From assembly GCA_964012725.1 (NCBI GenBank), contig CAXGTL010000001.1:1-57113 (forward strand): 57,113 nt of DNA, read 5' to 3'. The notes beneath the pieces are model-generated. The model searched no databases, was not told where the DNA came from, and saw only the letters and a list, made by a program, of their open reading frames with translations. Every line of letters begins with the position of its first letter. Positions within the stretch are counted from its first letter, which is position 1. This document shows positions 34,624 to 44,118 of the stretch, piece after piece. Origin of the DNA: Candidatus Woesearchaeota archaeon (GTDB lineage Archaea > Nanobdellota > Nanobdellia > Woesearchaeales > CAXGTL01). Made by a program: the position numbers and the translations under genes.

Positions 34624-35892
34624 TCACTTAAAATCACAAGAATCAACACACCTATCGCAATTATAAAATAGTTTATCATCTAATTGATATCTTTTTTGTA
34701 TTTGATCTTTTAATGAATTTGCTAGTTTTTGTATGCCTGGTTTTGCACGTTTACAAAGCCTTTGCCCTAGAAAATCAAGCATTGATTTAAAATTACAATT
34801 GATGTTACCGTGTGCAATAAGTGAATGCGGTAAAACACCTGCTGCAATTGATTTTGGTATTCCTTCAACCAAAAAATGATACAGACTTTCAAGCTCTTTA
34901 TTATTTTGATTATATTCTTTATGGAGGTTTTTGTCTTTCCATTCTCTGTGGTTACAATAATTGAAATTACTTGAGTATGTAATCGGTAGAAGGTTTCTGT
35001 CTAATGTTCTGTGTCTTAATAATTCATGCAACACAGATAAGTCGCATGCAAAATCAAATCTTATGCTTGTTTTAGTTTTTAAAATCCCTGCATATACTGG
35101 ATCGTGTAATCTCTTTGCCATAAATTCTATTTCTTTACTCTTAAATGGTCCAGAACAATTACTTAATTTTGTATCATTCTGTGATTTTATTTTATTAAAA
35201 TATTTTTCATAGTTTTTTGGATCTTCATCTGATACAATAATTGGACAAGGATCATATCTTGTTATATTATTTACTGCCTTTCTCTTTTCAAGCCATGTTT
35301 TAATATCAAAATCAAAACCTGGTGTAATTCTTTCTGTTAATGATAATTTTCTTATACACCAATCATACATTTCTGTTATAATATTTGGATAAACAAGTTT
35401 TAAATGGTATAATTCTCTTAGATTTAGCTTAAAACTATCACCTGTTAATGTGTATAAAGGAAGACAGTACATTGCGTCTTGTTTTTGCATGCCTTTGTCG
35501 ATTGCTTTTTTGTATAAATCAAAGGATGTTTTAAACTTTTTATCAATTTTTTTGACAATCTCTGGAAACTTATGCAATTCTTGTGGAAGATAATAATCAT
35601 GATGTTCAACAGATCTTGTTGATTCTTGAAGCATTGAAATATGACTAGAACAAGCAAGCATTAATGTCCATAATCTGGGAATATATGATCTGCAATACAA
35701 AGTTACAAACTCCATAGCAGCTAAATGGCCTTTTGCAATACTATATTTGAGTGTTGTTTTGTCAGGTTTTCTAAATATTTCATCTTTTGATGATGGAAAA
35801 CTAGGATGTTGTCTACAACCTCTAATATCTTCAGCCATGTCTCTCAGACTACCTTGAATCTTAATTTCTAATACTGCCTCTTTTCTTTCCAT
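34624..35892 (-). CDS. ThyX-like (flavin-dependent thymidylate synthase family) protein with internally duplicated fold
   Basis: 422 aa, about twice normal ThyX length. Repeat 1: GHLAAMEFVTLYCRSYIPRLWTLMLACSSHISMLQESTRS (RHR replaced) plus CLPLYTLTGDSFKLNLRELYHL. Repeat 2: FDFACDLSVLHELLRHRTLDRN plus VLPHSLIAHGNINCNFKSMLDFLGQRL. Adjacent to dut and dCMP deaminase. Confidence 0.55.
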   Translation of the reverse strand: MERKEAVLEIKIQGSLRDMAEDIRGCRQHPSFPSSKDEIFRKPDKTTLKYSIAKGHLAAMEFVTLYCRSYIPRLWTLMLACSSHISMLQESTRSVEHHDYYLPQELHKFPEIVKKIDKKFKTSFDLYKKAIDKGMQKQDAMYCLPLYTLTGDSFKLNLRELYHLKLVYPNIITEMYDWCIRKLSLTERITPGFDFDIKTWLEKRKAVNNITRYDPCPIIVSDEDPKNYEKYFNKIKSQNDTKLSNCSGPFKSKEIEFMAKRLHDPVYAGILKTKTSIRFDFACDLSVLHELLRHRTLDRNLLPITYSSNFNYCNHREWKDKNLHKEYNQNNKELESLYHFLVEGIPKSIAAGVLPHSLIAHGNINCNFKSMLDFLGQRLCKRAKPGIQKLANSLKDQIQKRYQLDDKLFYNCDRCVDSCDFK

Positions 35893-35896
35893 TTTC

Positions 35897-36319
35897 TTAT
35901 TTTAAACCAGTGCTACCAAAACCACCTTGACCTCTTTCACTTTGTTCTAAATTATTTACTTCTTCAAGTGTTGCTGTTATGTGTGGTTGAATTATCATCT
36001 GAGCAATTCTCATATTCTTCTCAATCTGGAAATCTTCTTTACCAAGATTCTTTAAGACTACACATACTTCTCCACGATAACCAGAATCAACAACTCCTGC
36101 TAGTGCATGTATCTCGTTTTTTACTGCTAGACCGCTTCTGTCCCAGATTAAACCAACATAACCAGGTGGAATAGCCATTTTTATTCCGGTTTTTACAAGA
36201 TATTTATCACCTGCTTTGAGTAAAATAGATTCTGCAGCTCTTAAATCAAGGGCAGCATCGCCTTGTTTTGCATAACTAGGTGTGTCAATATCTGAGATTT
36301 TTTGTATTTTTACTTTCAT
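35897..36319 (-). CDS. dut: dUTP pyrophosphatase (trimeric dUTPase)
   Basis: 140 aa. GDAALDLRA, GVVDSGYRGEV, RGQGGFGSTG. Confidence 0.9.
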   Translation of the reverse strand: MKVKIQKISDIDTPSYAKQGDAALDLRAAESILLKAGDKYLVKTGIKMAIPPGYVGLIWDRSGLAVKNEIHALAGVVDSGYRGEVCVVLKNLGKEDFQIEKNMRIAQMIIQPHITATLEEVNNLEQSERGQGGFGSTGLK

Positions 36320-36416
36320 ATTGGATTTGGGAAACAGAAATCTTATTTAATATTTTATTATAATCACACAGTACTCAACAAACTATATAAATAAGTTATG
36401 ATTTCTTAATTTTGTT

Positions 36417-36884
36417 ATGAGATTAAAAAAAGACGAATATTACTTATCCTTAGCTTATGAAGTTTCAAAGCGAGGCACTTGTAAAAAAACTTGCTATGGA
36501 GCTATAATTGTAAAAAATGATCAAATAGTTTCAACAGGTTATTGTGGTGCTCCAAGAGGAGCTCCTAATTGTTATGATTTAGAAGATTGTCCAAGAATTT
36601 TACAAAAAATACCAAGCGGTGAAAGGTATGAATTGTGTAAAAGTGTTCATGCTGAGATGAATGCCATTATAAATGCTGCAAGAGCAGGTGTTTCTGTTTT
36701 AGGAGGAGTATTGTATCTGGCAGGAAGAAAACGAAATCAAGAAAAAAAATCACCTAATCCATGTAGAATGTGCAAAAGGGCAATTATTAATGCTGGTATT
36801 GAAAAAGTAATTTATAATGGTGATGACAAAGGAGTGTGTGAACTTGATGTTAGTGATTGGTTAAGTAATCCTGATGAACTGTGA
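36417..36884 (+). CDS. dCMP deaminase
   Basis: 155 aa. Zinc motifs HAEMNAI and PCRMCKRAI. Confidence 0.85.
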   Translation: MRLKKDEYYLSLAYEVSKRGTCKKTCYGAIIVKNDQIVSTGYCGAPRGAPNCYDLEDCPRILQKIPSGERYELCKSVHAEMNAIINAARAGVSVLGGVLYLAGRKRNQEKKSPNPCRMCKRAIINAGIEKVIYNGDDKGVCELDVSDWLSNPDEL

Positions 36885-36935
36885 CTGGATTTTGTGGTTT
36901 TTTATTAATATATAAATAATAAGGAGTTAAAAAAG

Positions 36936-39164
36936 ATGGGTGAAAAAGGAGTTAGTCAAGTAAGAAAAAGAGATGGATCTATAGTTTTATTTAATCATGA
37001 TAAGATTAAAGAAGCAATATTTAAAGCTGCAAAATCAGTTGGTGGAGATAATAGTGAAATTTCAGAAGATTTATCTAACAAAGTTGTTGATGTATTAAAC
37101 CAACAATTTGGTGATATAACTATTCCAACTGTTGAACAAGTATCTGATATAGTGGAAAGGATTCTTATTAAACATGGTTATGTTGACACATCAAAAGCTT
37201 TCATTCTTTACAGGTTTAAGCATAAAGAAATTAGAAATGTAAAAGAATCAGTTGCAGAAGCAGTAGCAATCATTGATAATTATGTTAGCCAAGCAGATTG
37301 GCGTGTTAAAGAAAACTCTAATATGGCATACTCATTGCAAGGGTTGAATAATCATATAACATCAACATTAGTTGCAAAGTATTGGTTAGATAAATTATAT
37401 CCAGAAGAGATTAGTAGTGCTCATCAAAATGGAGATATACATATACATGATTTAGGTGTTCTTGGCCCTTATTGTGTTGGTTGGGATATAAAAGATATAT
37501 TAATGTCTGGTTTTGGTGGAGTTAGTGGAAAAACAGAATCCAAACCACCAAAACATCTAAAAACAGCACTTGGTCAAATAGTAAATTTCTTTTATACTCT
37601 TCAAGGAGAATCTGCAGGTGCTCAAGCATTATCAAACTTTGATACATACTTAGCCCCTTTTATTAAATCTGGGAATCTTAGTTATAAAGAAATAAAACAA
37701 GCAATGCAAGAATTTTTATTTAATATGAATGTTCCAACAAGAACAGGTTTTCAAACTCCATTTACAAATATAACAATGGACCTTAAAGTTCCTGATTTTA
37801 TTAAAAACGAACCAATAATTATTGGTGGAAAATTAATGACAGAAACATATGGAAGTTTTCAAAAAGAAATGGATTTAATAAATAAAGCATTTGCAGAAGT
37901 AATGATGGAAGGAGATGCAAAAGGGAGAGTATTCACATTTCCAATCCCAACATATAACATTACAAAAGATTTTGATTGGGATAATGAAGATCATAATATA
38001 ATTTGGGAAATGACTGCAAAATATGGCATACCTTATTTTTCTAATTTTATTAATTCAGATATGAAACCTGATGATGTAAGAAGCATGTGTTGTCGTTTAC
38101 GTTTAGATAATAAAGAATTAGAAAAAAGAGGTGGTGGTTTGTTTGGATCAAACCCTTTAACAGGAAGTTTAGGAGTTGTAACTGTCAATCTTGTTAGAAT
38201 AGGATATTTATCAAAAAATGAACAAGATTATTTTGAAAGATTAGAAAAATATCTGGATTTAGCTAAAAAAAGTTTAGAAATGAAAAGAAAATCATTAGAA
38301 AGATTTACAGAAGCAGGTTTATACCCCTATTCAAGATTTTTCTTAAGACATATATATCAAAAAGATAAAAAGTACTGGGTAAATCACTTTTCAACTATTG
38401 GAATATTAGGAATGAATGAATCTTTATTAAACTTTTTAGGATGTAACATTGCATCTGAATCAGGAAGGGTGTTTACAATAAAAGTTCTTAATTTTATAAG
38501 AAAAAAACTATCAGAATATCAACAAGAAACAGGTAATCTGTATAATTTAGAAGCATCTCCTGCAGAAGGTGCAAGTTATAGATTTTCTAAAAAAGATAAA
38601 AATGTTTTTCCAAGAATAATAGTTGGTAATGAAGATGATTATAGAGATAAAGGTGCAGCACCATATTATACTAATTCAACACAACTTCCAATTAATTATA
38701 CAAATGATATATTTGAAGCATTAGAATTACAAGATGAAATCCAGTGTAAGTACACAGGTGGTACAGTTCTTCATGGATTTATAGGAGAAAGAATATCTTC
38801 ACCTGAAACTACAAAAATGTTAGTAAAAAAAATTGCAAATAATTTTAAATTACCATACTTTACTTTAACACCTACATTTAGTATATGTCCTAAACATGGT
38901 TATCTTAATGGTGAAAAAAGATTTTGTCCAAAATGTGATTCTTTAATTGAGAATATTGAAGAAAATTTAAACAAAAGAACAAGATGTGAAGTTTATAGTA
39001 GAGTAGTTGGTTATCTTCGTCCTGTTCAACAATGGAACACTGGAAAAAGAGCAGAGTTCTTTGACAGAAAAGTGTTTGATGAAGAACAATCATTATCACA
39101 TCCAATTAAAGAAATAAAGGTGCAAAATGGAAATCAAAGGCTTCCAGCCTACGAGTCTAATTGA
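36936..39164 (+). CDS. nrdD: anaerobic ribonucleoside-triphosphate reductase (class III)
   Basis: 742 aa. N-terminal ATP-cone, CCRLRL, C-terminal zinc ribbon CPKHG..CPKC, and glycyl-radical motif SRVVGYLRPV. Confidence 0.92.
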   Translation: MGEKGVSQVRKRDGSIVLFNHDKIKEAIFKAAKSVGGDNSEISEDLSNKVVDVLNQQFGDITIPTVEQVSDIVERILIKHGYVDTSKAFILYRFKHKEIRNVKESVAEAVAIIDNYVSQADWRVKENSNMAYSLQGLNNHITSTLVAKYWLDKLYPEEISSAHQNGDIHIHDLGVLGPYCVGWDIKDILMSGFGGVSGKTESKPPKHLKTALGQIVNFFYTLQGESAGAQALSNFDTYLAPFIKSGNLSYKEIKQAMQEFLFNMNVPTRTGFQTPFTNITMDLKVPDFIKNEPIIIGGKLMTETYGSFQKEMDLINKAFAEVMMEGDAKGRVFTFPIPTYNITKDFDWDNEDHNIIWEMTAKYGIPYFSNFINSDMKPDDVRSMCCRLRLDNKELEKRGGGLFGSNPLTGSLGVVTVNLVRIGYLSKNEQDYFERLEKYLDLAKKSLEMKRKSLERFTEAGLYPYSRFFLRHIYQKDKKYWVNHFSTIGILGMNESLLNFLGCNIASESGRVFTIKVLNFIRKKLSEYQQETGNLYNLEASPAEGASYRFSKKDKNVFPRIIVGNEDDYRDKGAAPYYTNSTQLPINYTNDIFEALELQDEIQCKYTGGTVLHGFIGERISSPETTKMLVKKIANNFKLPYFTLTPTFSICPKHGYLNGEKRFCPKCDSLIENIEENLNKRTRCEVYSRVVGYLRPVQQWNTGKRAEFFDRKVFDEEQSLSHPIKEIKVQNGNQRLPAYESN

Positions 39165-39867
39165 TTATCCTGGAAAGATATGTTCTGTTATATTTATTTA
39201 TGGTTGTAACTTTAGGTGTGGTTATTGTCATAATAAAGAATTAGTTCTAAAGTATGTACATGACACCAATAATAAACAAAATAACAATAATCACAAATTA
39301 TCAACAATTCCACAACAACAAATACTTAACCACTTAGAAAAAAGAAAACATTTAGTTGATGCAGTTACAATTACTGGTGGTGAACCAACACTTTACAAAG
39401 AATTAATTGAATTAATACAAAAAATAAAACAATTAGGTTACTTAGTAAAGCTTGACACAAATGGATCAAACCCAGAACTTCTCAAAGAGCTAATAGACAA
39501 AAACTTAGTCGATTACATTGCAATGGATGTAAAAGCTCCTTTCTCAAAGTATAAAGATATTGTAAATGTGGATATTGATATTAATAAAATAATTAAAAGC
39601 ATTGCTTTGATCAAAAACTCGAACATAGACCATGAGTTCAGAACAACTATTGTCCCAAGTTTATTATCTAAACAAGATGTTGTTGACATTGCAAAGTCAT
39701 TATCAAGTGGAGAAAAAACAAATAATACCAAACTAATACTACAACAATTCACAAAACAAACAGAACTTCTAAACAAAAACTTCAATAACCAACCAACATA
39801 CTCTGATGAAGAATTGGAAGATATTAGGAAAGAGTGTGAGAAGTTTGTTAAAACAGTGATAAGATAA
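39127..39867 (+). CDS. nrdG: class III RNR activating enzyme (radical SAM)
   Basis: 246 aa. CNFRCGYCHN; overlaps the nrdD 3' end. Contains an N/Q-rich insert (NNKQNNNNHKLSTIPQQQ). Confidence 0.85.
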   Translation: MEIKGFQPTSLIDYPGKICSVIFIYGCNFRCGYCHNKELVLKYVHDTNNKQNNNNHKLSTIPQQQILNHLEKRKHLVDAVTITGGEPTLYKELIELIQKIKQLGYLVKLDTNGSNPELLKELIDKNLVDYIAMDVKAPFSKYKDIVNVDIDINKIIKSIALIKNSNIDHEFRTTIVPSLLSKQDVVDIAKSLSSGEKTNNTKLILQQFTKQTELLNKNFNNQPTYSDEELEDIRKECEKFVKTVIR

Positions 39868-39934
39868 CAAAAAAACAAAAAGTTTTATATATAATAATAA
39901 CAAAAGAAGACTATTAACTAAAAAAATAAAAAAA

Positions 39935-40342
39935 ATGACTGAAGATAATTCATTTGGACCGCATTTAACAATAGATGCAAAGGGTTGCAATAGAAAAAAG
40001 ATAACTGATATGAATTTTATATACAATTTTCTAAATCAATTTCCATCAAAAATTAATATGCGAAAAATGTCTTTGCCAGTTGTTGTGCCTTGGAAAGATG
40101 AATGGTCAGAAACTCCTGGTATTTCAGGCTTTGTTATGATTACAACAAGCCATGTTAGCATACACACATTCCCAGATGATGATCATGTATTTTTTGATGT
40201 GTTTTCTTGTAGAGCATTTGATGTGGAAAAAGCAAAAAATTATATTTTAGAAGAATTCGAAGCAAAAACTGCAGATGTTAATATTGTTAAAAGAGGATTG
40301 CAGTTTAGAAAGAAACAAACAGTTATTAAAGAAACTAATTAG
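39935..40342 (+). CDS. speH: pyruvoyl-dependent S-adenosylmethionine (or arginine) decarboxylase proenzyme, SpeH type
   Basis: 135 aa. GPHLTIDAKGC and self-cleavage region ITTSHVSIHTFPDD, FFDVFSC. Confidence 0.75.
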   Translation: MTEDNSFGPHLTIDAKGCNRKKITDMNFIYNFLNQFPSKINMRKMSLPVVVPWKDEWSETPGISGFVMITTSHVSIHTFPDDDHVFFDVFSCRAFDVEKAKNYILEEFEAKTADVNIVKRGLQFRKKQTVIKETN

Positions 40343-40363
40343 AAGAAATGGGGGATTCTAAAA

Positions 40364-41224
40364 ATGGAACAATCTACTAATTATGGTGATTTACCACCAA
40401 AATATTCAAACTTAGAAGATTCACCAATAGTTATAATCCCTGTACCATATGATAAAACTAGTACTTGGATTAAAGGAGCTAATAAAGGACCAGAAGCAAT
40501 ATTAGAAGCATCAGCAAATATGGAACTTTATGATATTGAAACTGATTTTGAAGTTTATAAAAAAGGAATATTTACTGAAAAACCTATTACTGAAAACTCT
40601 TCTACAGAAAAAATGATTGATGCAGTTAGTTCTAAAGTTAAAGAACATATAAAAAAAGATAAATTTGTAGTAACAATTGGAGGAGAACATTCTATTAGTC
40701 TTGGTCCAATAAAAGAACATATAAAAAAATATAAAGATGTTTGTATTTTACAATTAGATGCTCATGCAGACTTAAGAAATGAATATGAAGAATCAAAATA
40801 TAATCATGCTTGTGTAATGGCACGTGCAAAAGAATTGTGTTCAGTAATACAAGTTGGAATTAGAAGTATGGATGTATCAGAAAAAGAAAGATTAGATAAA
40901 AACAATATGTTTTTTGCTAAGGATATTCAAAAAGATAAAGATTGGATTAACAAAGTTGTATCTAAATTATCAAAAAATATATATATTACTCTTGATTTGG
41001 ATGTTTTTGATCCATCAATAATGCCATCAACAGGAACTCCTGAACCAGGAGGACTTTTATGGTATGAAACATTATCATTATTAAAAAAAGTAATCAAAGA
41101 GAAAAATGTAATAGGTTTTGATGTTGTTGAATTATGTCCAAACAAAAATAATAAAAGTCCTGATTTTTTGGCTTCAAAATTAATATACAAATTATTAAGT
41201 TATAAATTTACAAAAGGTGATTAA
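40364..41224 (+). CDS. speB: agmatinase (ureohydrolase family)
   Basis: 286 aa. GGEHS, DAHADL, DLDVFDP, EPGG. Confidence 0.85.
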   Translation: MEQSTNYGDLPPKYSNLEDSPIVIIPVPYDKTSTWIKGANKGPEAILEASANMELYDIETDFEVYKKGIFTEKPITENSSTEKMIDAVSSKVKEHIKKDKFVVTIGGEHSISLGPIKEHIKKYKDVCILQLDAHADLRNEYEESKYNHACVMARAKELCSVIQVGIRSMDVSEKERLDKNNMFFAKDIQKDKDWINKVVSKLSKNIYITLDLDVFDPSIMPSTGTPEPGGLLWYETLSLLKKVIKEKNVIGFDVVELCPNKNNKSPDFLASKLIYKLLSYKFTKGD

Positions 41225-42245
41225 AATAAATAAAAAAGAACTATTAAAAGAACCAATTAAACATATTGATATAAAATCCTTTGATTCAACTAAAATTATA
41301 AACAGCATGAAAGATATGTCTTTTTCAAGTCGAGACACTGCAAGAGCTGCAGAACTTCTAAAGAAAATGATTGAAGACAAAGATTGCACAGTAATCCTTG
41401 CATTAGCAGGAAGTACTAGCGCTGCAGGGTGCATGCAAATATATGTAGATATGGTTAAGAATAATATGATAGATGTAATTGTAGCAACAGGTGCATCTAT
41501 TGTAGACATGGACTTTTTTGAAGCTTTAGGATTTAAACATTATAAAGGAACACAATTTATCGATGATTCCAAATTAAGAGAAATTTATGTTGATAGAATT
41601 TATGATACCTTTATTGACGAGGAGGAATTACAAGAATGTGATATAGTTATTAAAAAAATTGCAGACAGTTTAGAACCAAAACCTTATTCATCAAGAGAGT
41701 TTATCAAAGAAATGGGAAAATATCTTTTAAAAAATTCAAAGAAAAAAGATTCATTAGTACAAACAGCATTTGAAAATAATGTACCTATCTTTTGTCCTGC
41801 TTTTTCAGATTCAAGCGCAGGTTTAGGATTAGTCAAACATCAAGTTGAAAACAAAGATAAACATATATCTATAGACTCTGTAAAAGATTTTAGAGAATTA
41901 ACAGAAATAAAAATGCAATCTAATTCTTCAGGATTATTTATCATCGGTGGAGGAGTTCCTAAAAACTTTGCACAAGATACTGTAATATGTGCTGAAATGT
42001 TAGGTAAAAAAGTTTCAATGCATAAGTATGCTATTCAAATTACTGTTGCAGATGTAAGGGATGGTGCATGTTCAAGTTCAACATTAAAAGAAGCTTCTTC
42101 TTGGGGAAAAGTCAGCACTGTTTACGAACAAATGGTTTTTGCTGAAGCAACAAGTGTTCTTCCTTTAATAATAAGTTATACATACCATAATTCTGATTGG
42201 AAAAATAGGAAAAAACAAGAATGGAGTAAGATATTTCCAGAATAA
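41217..42245 (+). CDS. dys: deoxyhypusine synthase
   Basis: 342 aa. GTG start overlapping the speB stop. ALAGSTSAAG, GGGVPKNF, VRDGACSS...EASSWGK. Confidence 0.8.
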   Translation: MIKINKKELLKEPIKHIDIKSFDSTKIINSMKDMSFSSRDTARAAELLKKMIEDKDCTVILALAGSTSAAGCMQIYVDMVKNNMIDVIVATGASIVDMDFFEALGFKHYKGTQFIDDSKLREIYVDRIYDTFIDEEELQECDIVIKKIADSLEPKPYSSREFIKEMGKYLLKNSKKKDSLVQTAFENNVPIFCPAFSDSSAGLGLVKHQVENKDKHISIDSVKDFRELTEIKMQSNSSGLFIIGGGVPKNFAQDTVICAEMLGKKVSMHKYAIQITVADVRDGACSSSTLKEASSWGKVSTVYEQMVFAEATSVLPLIISYTYHNSDWKNRKKQEWSKIFPE

Positions 42246-42311
42246 ATATTTAGATAATATTATAATAAATTCACATCAACATTTATAAACACCAAACCAG
42301 TTCTCCAACAT

Positions 42312-43277
42312 ATGTTAACTAAAGAACGAATCAAAGACTTAGAAAAGCAAGGCTATAGAATAGTTGGCAATCATTCAGCAATCAAAGTTTGTCTTTGGAC
42401 AAAGAAATGTATTAGAGGCGAAGATGTTTGCTATAAAAACACATTCTATGGAATAAATACACACAAATGTGTTCAAATGACACCAGCATTACCTTTCTGC
42501 AACCAAAGATGTATGTGGTGCTGGAGAGATATTGCTTGGACATTACCAAAATGGAAAGGTAAAATAGACACACCAAAAGAAATAGTTGATGGTTGTGTAA
42601 AAGCTCACATTAAATATATACAAGGCTTTGGTGGAACAGAAAAAAGAGATGAAAATAATTATCAAGAAGCACAAAAACCTTTACACTTTGCATTATCACT
42701 TTCAGGAGAACCAACTTTATATCCACAATTACCTGAACTAATACAAGAAATACATAAACAAGGCATGACATCATTCTTAGTTACAAATGGAACTAACCCA
42801 GAGGTGGTACAAAAGTTGTTAGAAGGAGACAAAGAACAAAACCAAAGCACAGAACCAACACAACTCTATGTAACTCTTCCAGCGCCTGATAAAGAAACTT
42901 ATAACAAAGTATGTAACCCATCAGAAAAAGAAAACTGGGAAAAAATCTTACAAACACTTGAACTAGTACCAAAGTTCAAAAGAAATGTATTCAGACTAAC
43001 ACTAGCAAAAGATGTAAACATGATCAAACCAGAAGGTTATGCAGAACTAATCAATAAATATCAACCAATGTATGTTGAATGCAAAGGTTATGTCTGGGTT
43101 GGTTATTCAAGACAACGACTTGACATAGAAAACATGCCAAGGCATAATGAAATAATTGAATTCTCAAACAAATTAACAGAATTATGTCCAGGTTACAAGA
43201 TCATTGACCAAAAAGAAAACAGTAGGGTGACTTTGTTAGCAAAAGAAGATAGTGATGATAGGGTTATGAAGTTCTAA
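42312..43277 (+). CDS. taw1: tRNA 4-demethylwyosine synthase (Taw1/TYW1, radical SAM)
   Basis: 321 aa. CNQRCMWCWR cluster plus upstream Cys residues; SLSGEPTLYP. Confidence 0.8.
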   Translation: MLTKERIKDLEKQGYRIVGNHSAIKVCLWTKKCIRGEDVCYKNTFYGINTHKCVQMTPALPFCNQRCMWCWRDIAWTLPKWKGKIDTPKEIVDGCVKAHIKYIQGFGGTEKRDENNYQEAQKPLHFALSLSGEPTLYPQLPELIQEIHKQGMTSFLVTNGTNPEVVQKLLEGDKEQNQSTEPTQLYVTLPAPDKETYNKVCNPSEKENWEKILQTLELVPKFKRNVFRLTLAKDVNMIKPEGYAELINKYQPMYVECKGYVWVGYSRQRLDIENMPRHNEIIEFSNKLTELCPGYKIIDQKENSRVTLLAKEDSDDRVMKF

Positions 43278-43870
43278 ACCTCAATAATAACTCCATCTCC
43301 GCCAGTATTCAACACAGGAACACCATTAATAACATCCCTTCTTTTACCACAATCATGTATGTGTCCACAAACCACATATGTAGGTTTATTTTTATAAATA
43401 AACTCAAATATTGACTTACTTCCTACATGTTCATAATAAACAATATCAAGCTTTGTTCCATACGGAGGTGCATGTGTCAATAATATAGTTTTATACTTTT
43501 TATTACAATATTTTTTAAATTTATTTTTAGCAGATTTTTCAAACTTCCTATCACGCAAAGCAAAACCTCCACCACCCCATCCAAAAATAACACAATCTTT
43601 GCTTACTTGAAACACTGTATTATGTATAAACCTAGTATTGTTCAACATCTTTGCTAAACCTTTCATTTCTTCACTAGATTCATGATTACCATGTACAATC
43701 ATTACAGGTTTACCAAATGAATCTATTTGTTGCATAAAATAAAACAATTTATCAGAGAACATGCTTATATCTCCAGCACATATAATTAAATCTACTTTCT
43801 TTGCTTTCTTTTCTAATTTCTTCAAATCTTTTAAGCTTCCATGCATATCTACAAAGGTCAATATTTTCAT
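43274..43870 (-). CDS. metallophosphoesterase (calcineurin-like)
   Basis: 198 aa. DMHG, GDIS, GNHE, GHIH. AGGTGAT SD. Confidence 0.8.
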   Translation of the reverse strand: MKILTFVDMHGSLKDLKKLEKKAKKVDLIICAGDISMFSDKLFYFMQQIDSFGKPVMIVHGNHESSEEMKGLAKMLNNTRFIHNTVFQVSKDCVIFGWGGGGFALRDRKFEKSAKNKFKKYCNKKYKTILLTHAPPYGTKLDIVYYEHVGSKSIFEFIYKNKPTYVVCGHIHDCGKRRDVINGVPVLNTGGDGVIIEV

Positions 43871-43941
43871 TTATGATCACCTGGCCTTTGTAGGCTTAAA
43901 AATGTTTCATTTTTATTGTCTACAAACGTAAGTATTTTCAT
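43867..43941 (-). CDS. 24-codon upstream ORF (leader peptide candidate) for the metallophosphoesterase gene
   Basis: ATG 43941-43939. MKILTFVDNKNETFLSLQRPGDHK, stop TGA 43869-43867, overlapping the main ATG as ATGA. The first 8 residues equal those of the main ORF, and the 5 nt differences are all synonymous. TTTATATA box 23 nt upstream. Confidence 0.45.
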   Translation of the reverse strand: MKILTFVDNKNETFLSLQRPGDHK

Positions 43942-43964
43942 ATTATATTATTTATATAAACCAA

Positions 43965-43972
43965 TATATAAA
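43965..43972 (-). promoter_or_regulatory. TATA box positioned for a leaderless uORF transcript
   Basis: TTTATATA (reverse strand) lies exactly 23 nt upstream of ATG 43941. Confidence 0.4.
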
Positions 43973-43993
43973 TTTACTTATTTCAACACTAAA

Positions 43994-44118
43994 AAAGCTT
44001 TATTCAAAATATCCGTCTGTGCCATCAATGACAGCAATAATGTAGTTATTGATGGCATGGCCAGATGTAGCTTTTGAGCGAAGCGAGAAAGCGGAATAGG
44101 ATTTTTGGATGAAGCTTT
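43994..44118 (+). ncRNA. candidate structured RNA, family A, copy 3
   Basis: AAAGCUUUAUUCAAAAUAUCCGUCUGUGCC-[AUCAAUGAC..GUUAUUGAU]-GGCAUGGCCAGAUGUAG-[GCUUU UGAGCGAAGCGAG AAAGC]-GGAAUAGGAUUUUUGGAUGAAGCUUU. The 20-bp closing helix has two U-G pairs that would be A-C mismatches on the other strand. Confidence 0.6.
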
